A stretch of DNA of 63,600 nucleotides, the filler included, from Gonapodya sp. JEL0774 (lineage: Eukaryota): assembly GCA_027604505.1 (NCBI GenBank). It is 13 parts of 13 records of this genome, joined end to end, with 100 filler letters (N's around TTAATTAATTAA, not from the genome) between each part and the next. Parts side by side here need not be neighbours in the genome. Positions count along the whole stretch, not along the records: positions 58,818 to 63,600 come from JADIIX010000859.1; 12 more parts are not named here. One strand, 5' to 3'. The notes under the pieces are model-generated. The model saw only the letters and a list, made by a program, of their open reading frames with translations. It was not told the origin of the DNA and searched no databases. Positions 62,110-63,600 of this stretch are shown here, piece after piece (position 1 is the first letter of the stretch; each line of letters opens with the position of its first letter). Position numbers and translations under genes: made by a program.

Positions 62110-63600
62110 ATGAAACTCGTCGTCGCTGCAACTGTGGCAGCCATCGCTGCATCGTTTATCGTTCCTTCGCGCGCGCAGTACGTGGAGGGGTCCTGTGGAC
62201 CCTTGTTTTCATTTCCCCTCCGTCACCCGTCACCTCACTTCCCCGCAAATTCCACATCCCACCCCCGCCTTCCACCAGCTGGCTCGAACGCCGATGCGGC
62301 GCTCTCGAGGAATGGCCTCTCGGAGGAGCGACGGCATTGTTCGTCGGTACGTGATGGCGCGGTGCGGGTCCCAATTCTGAAAAGGGGGAATAATCACTCT
62401 AACTTTGACCAACGTGGAACCTCTCCATCCATCCCAGCCGACGCCGGTGCGTTCTCCGGTACGGGTGAGGACACCTACTATGTCAAGAACTGCGAGGACT
62501 GTGAGAAGGTGTGTGGTTCCGTGACGGCGCTGGGTGTCGGGATCAGCTTCATCTTCCTCCACGAAACGAAACTCACCGTACCGTTTTCACACGTACACGC
62601 GCCCTGATCGGTGAAAATTCACCACTCCTTGGTTTATCCTATAATTGTTACTCGTAGATTCTGGCACGTCCGGCTGGAGTGCATCGGTGGGCGGCATCAT
62701 CAGCAACGGGACCTGTGACCAGGGTTTGCCCAACCCAGACATCAAGGTGGATTGTCCTGTTGCGAAGCGGTGTTCGAAAGCCTGATTGGTGCTCAAGTCT
62801 TCACGTACCGTATTGTTGGTTGTTCTTTCTTCTAGCCCACCCGTATCGGAGACGTCTGCGTCGCCACCAACGCCATCAACTGGGACTGTCGGCTCGCATC
62901 GTTCAACCAAACCGCGGGGGGTACGTCGACGAGTCCACGAACACATCCAAGAAACAGCGTAACTCACCTGATGTCCCTTTTTTTGATTGTGCAAGGCTAC
63001 CCCGACCAGTGCTCCGTCCCCAAGGAAAGCTCCACCATCGACCAGTCTTACCTCTTTGGGAAATGCTTCTGGAACAACTTCACAAAGGCACACACTGACT
63101 TTGCCGACGCAATCGTGGGAGGTGAGACAGCGGGGCTGTGGTTTTCGTGGATCTCACTTGAAGGAAAATTTTGAATAAACTCGGGTCGGGTGGTGCTTCG
63201 TCACTCGTACTGTTGTCTGGTTCTCTAGCCGCCAAGGGTATCGGCGCCACCAGTTTCCCCAAACGTTCCAACTCCACCGTCAAACACGAAACCGAGTACT
63301 GGAGCCTTCTGGTAAGATATTCTTTCTCCTTTTCCCCATGTGTTCCCCTTTCTGTGCACACCGATTCGCATATATATCCCGCACAATTCTTTGCAGAACA
63401 AAGCCTTGAACCAAACCCTGGTCACGGTGAAACCCGACGACAAGCCCACGGTTTGGGACTACAAGACTTGCATCGAGTCTGATTCGCAGGTGAGTGATTG
63501 GGTAGTACAGCGCACCAAGCCCAAAACCGACAATTTTATATAGGACACCTTTGCCCCATCATAATAATTAAAATTAGGCCTCCCTCAGACCTGGGGCGCA
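62110..63600 (+). CDS. Secreted Cys-rich protein resembling the purine nucleoside permease (NUP)/nucleoside phosphorylase fold, multi-exon, 3' partial
   Basis: Signal peptide MKLVVAATVAAIAASF; SGTSGWS..TRIGDVCVATNAINWDC..GYPDQCSVP..KPTVWDYKTCIESDSQ. Confidence 0.55.

Overview
This window is not one locus. It is 13 unrelated contigs of about 4.8 kb, sorted by decreasing length (4818 to ~4783 bp) and joined by artificial 100-bp linkers (N44-TTAATTAATTAA-N44), so gene neighbourhood is meaningful only within a contig. The DNA is eukaryotic, with many short GT-AG introns, and fungal-like; an early-diverging (chytrid-type) fungus is my inference from gene content. Recognisable genes: SF3B4/HSH49, SWT1-type PIN RNase, peroxisomal ABCD/PXA1, a tandem array of intron-poor F-box genes, a FAM120/asteroid-type PIN protein, a YeeE/YedE sulfur transporter, a C2H2 protein, a decayed Fet3-like multicopper oxidase, AKR7, an SDR, two tandem carboxylesterases, a TBC/EF-hand Rab-GAP, an MFS monocarboxylate transporter, TAF5, a BSD protein and a CASTOR/ACT protein. 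The most interesting items: (i) an intron-rich Dada-like DDE transposase with a C-terminal Zn finger, followed by a regularly spaced GGAAAAGTC direct/inverted repeat cluster; (ii) a hybrid histidine kinase with an HNOBA-like input, degenerate ATP-binding G boxes and an RGG tail; (iii) a secreted FAS1-FAS1-CBM18-CBM18 protein; (iv) a small ubiquitin-like + ZZ zinc-finger protein hidden by introns; (v) a secreted nucleoside permease/phosphorylase-like protein. All family calls come from motif recognition and manual splicing; no searches were run.
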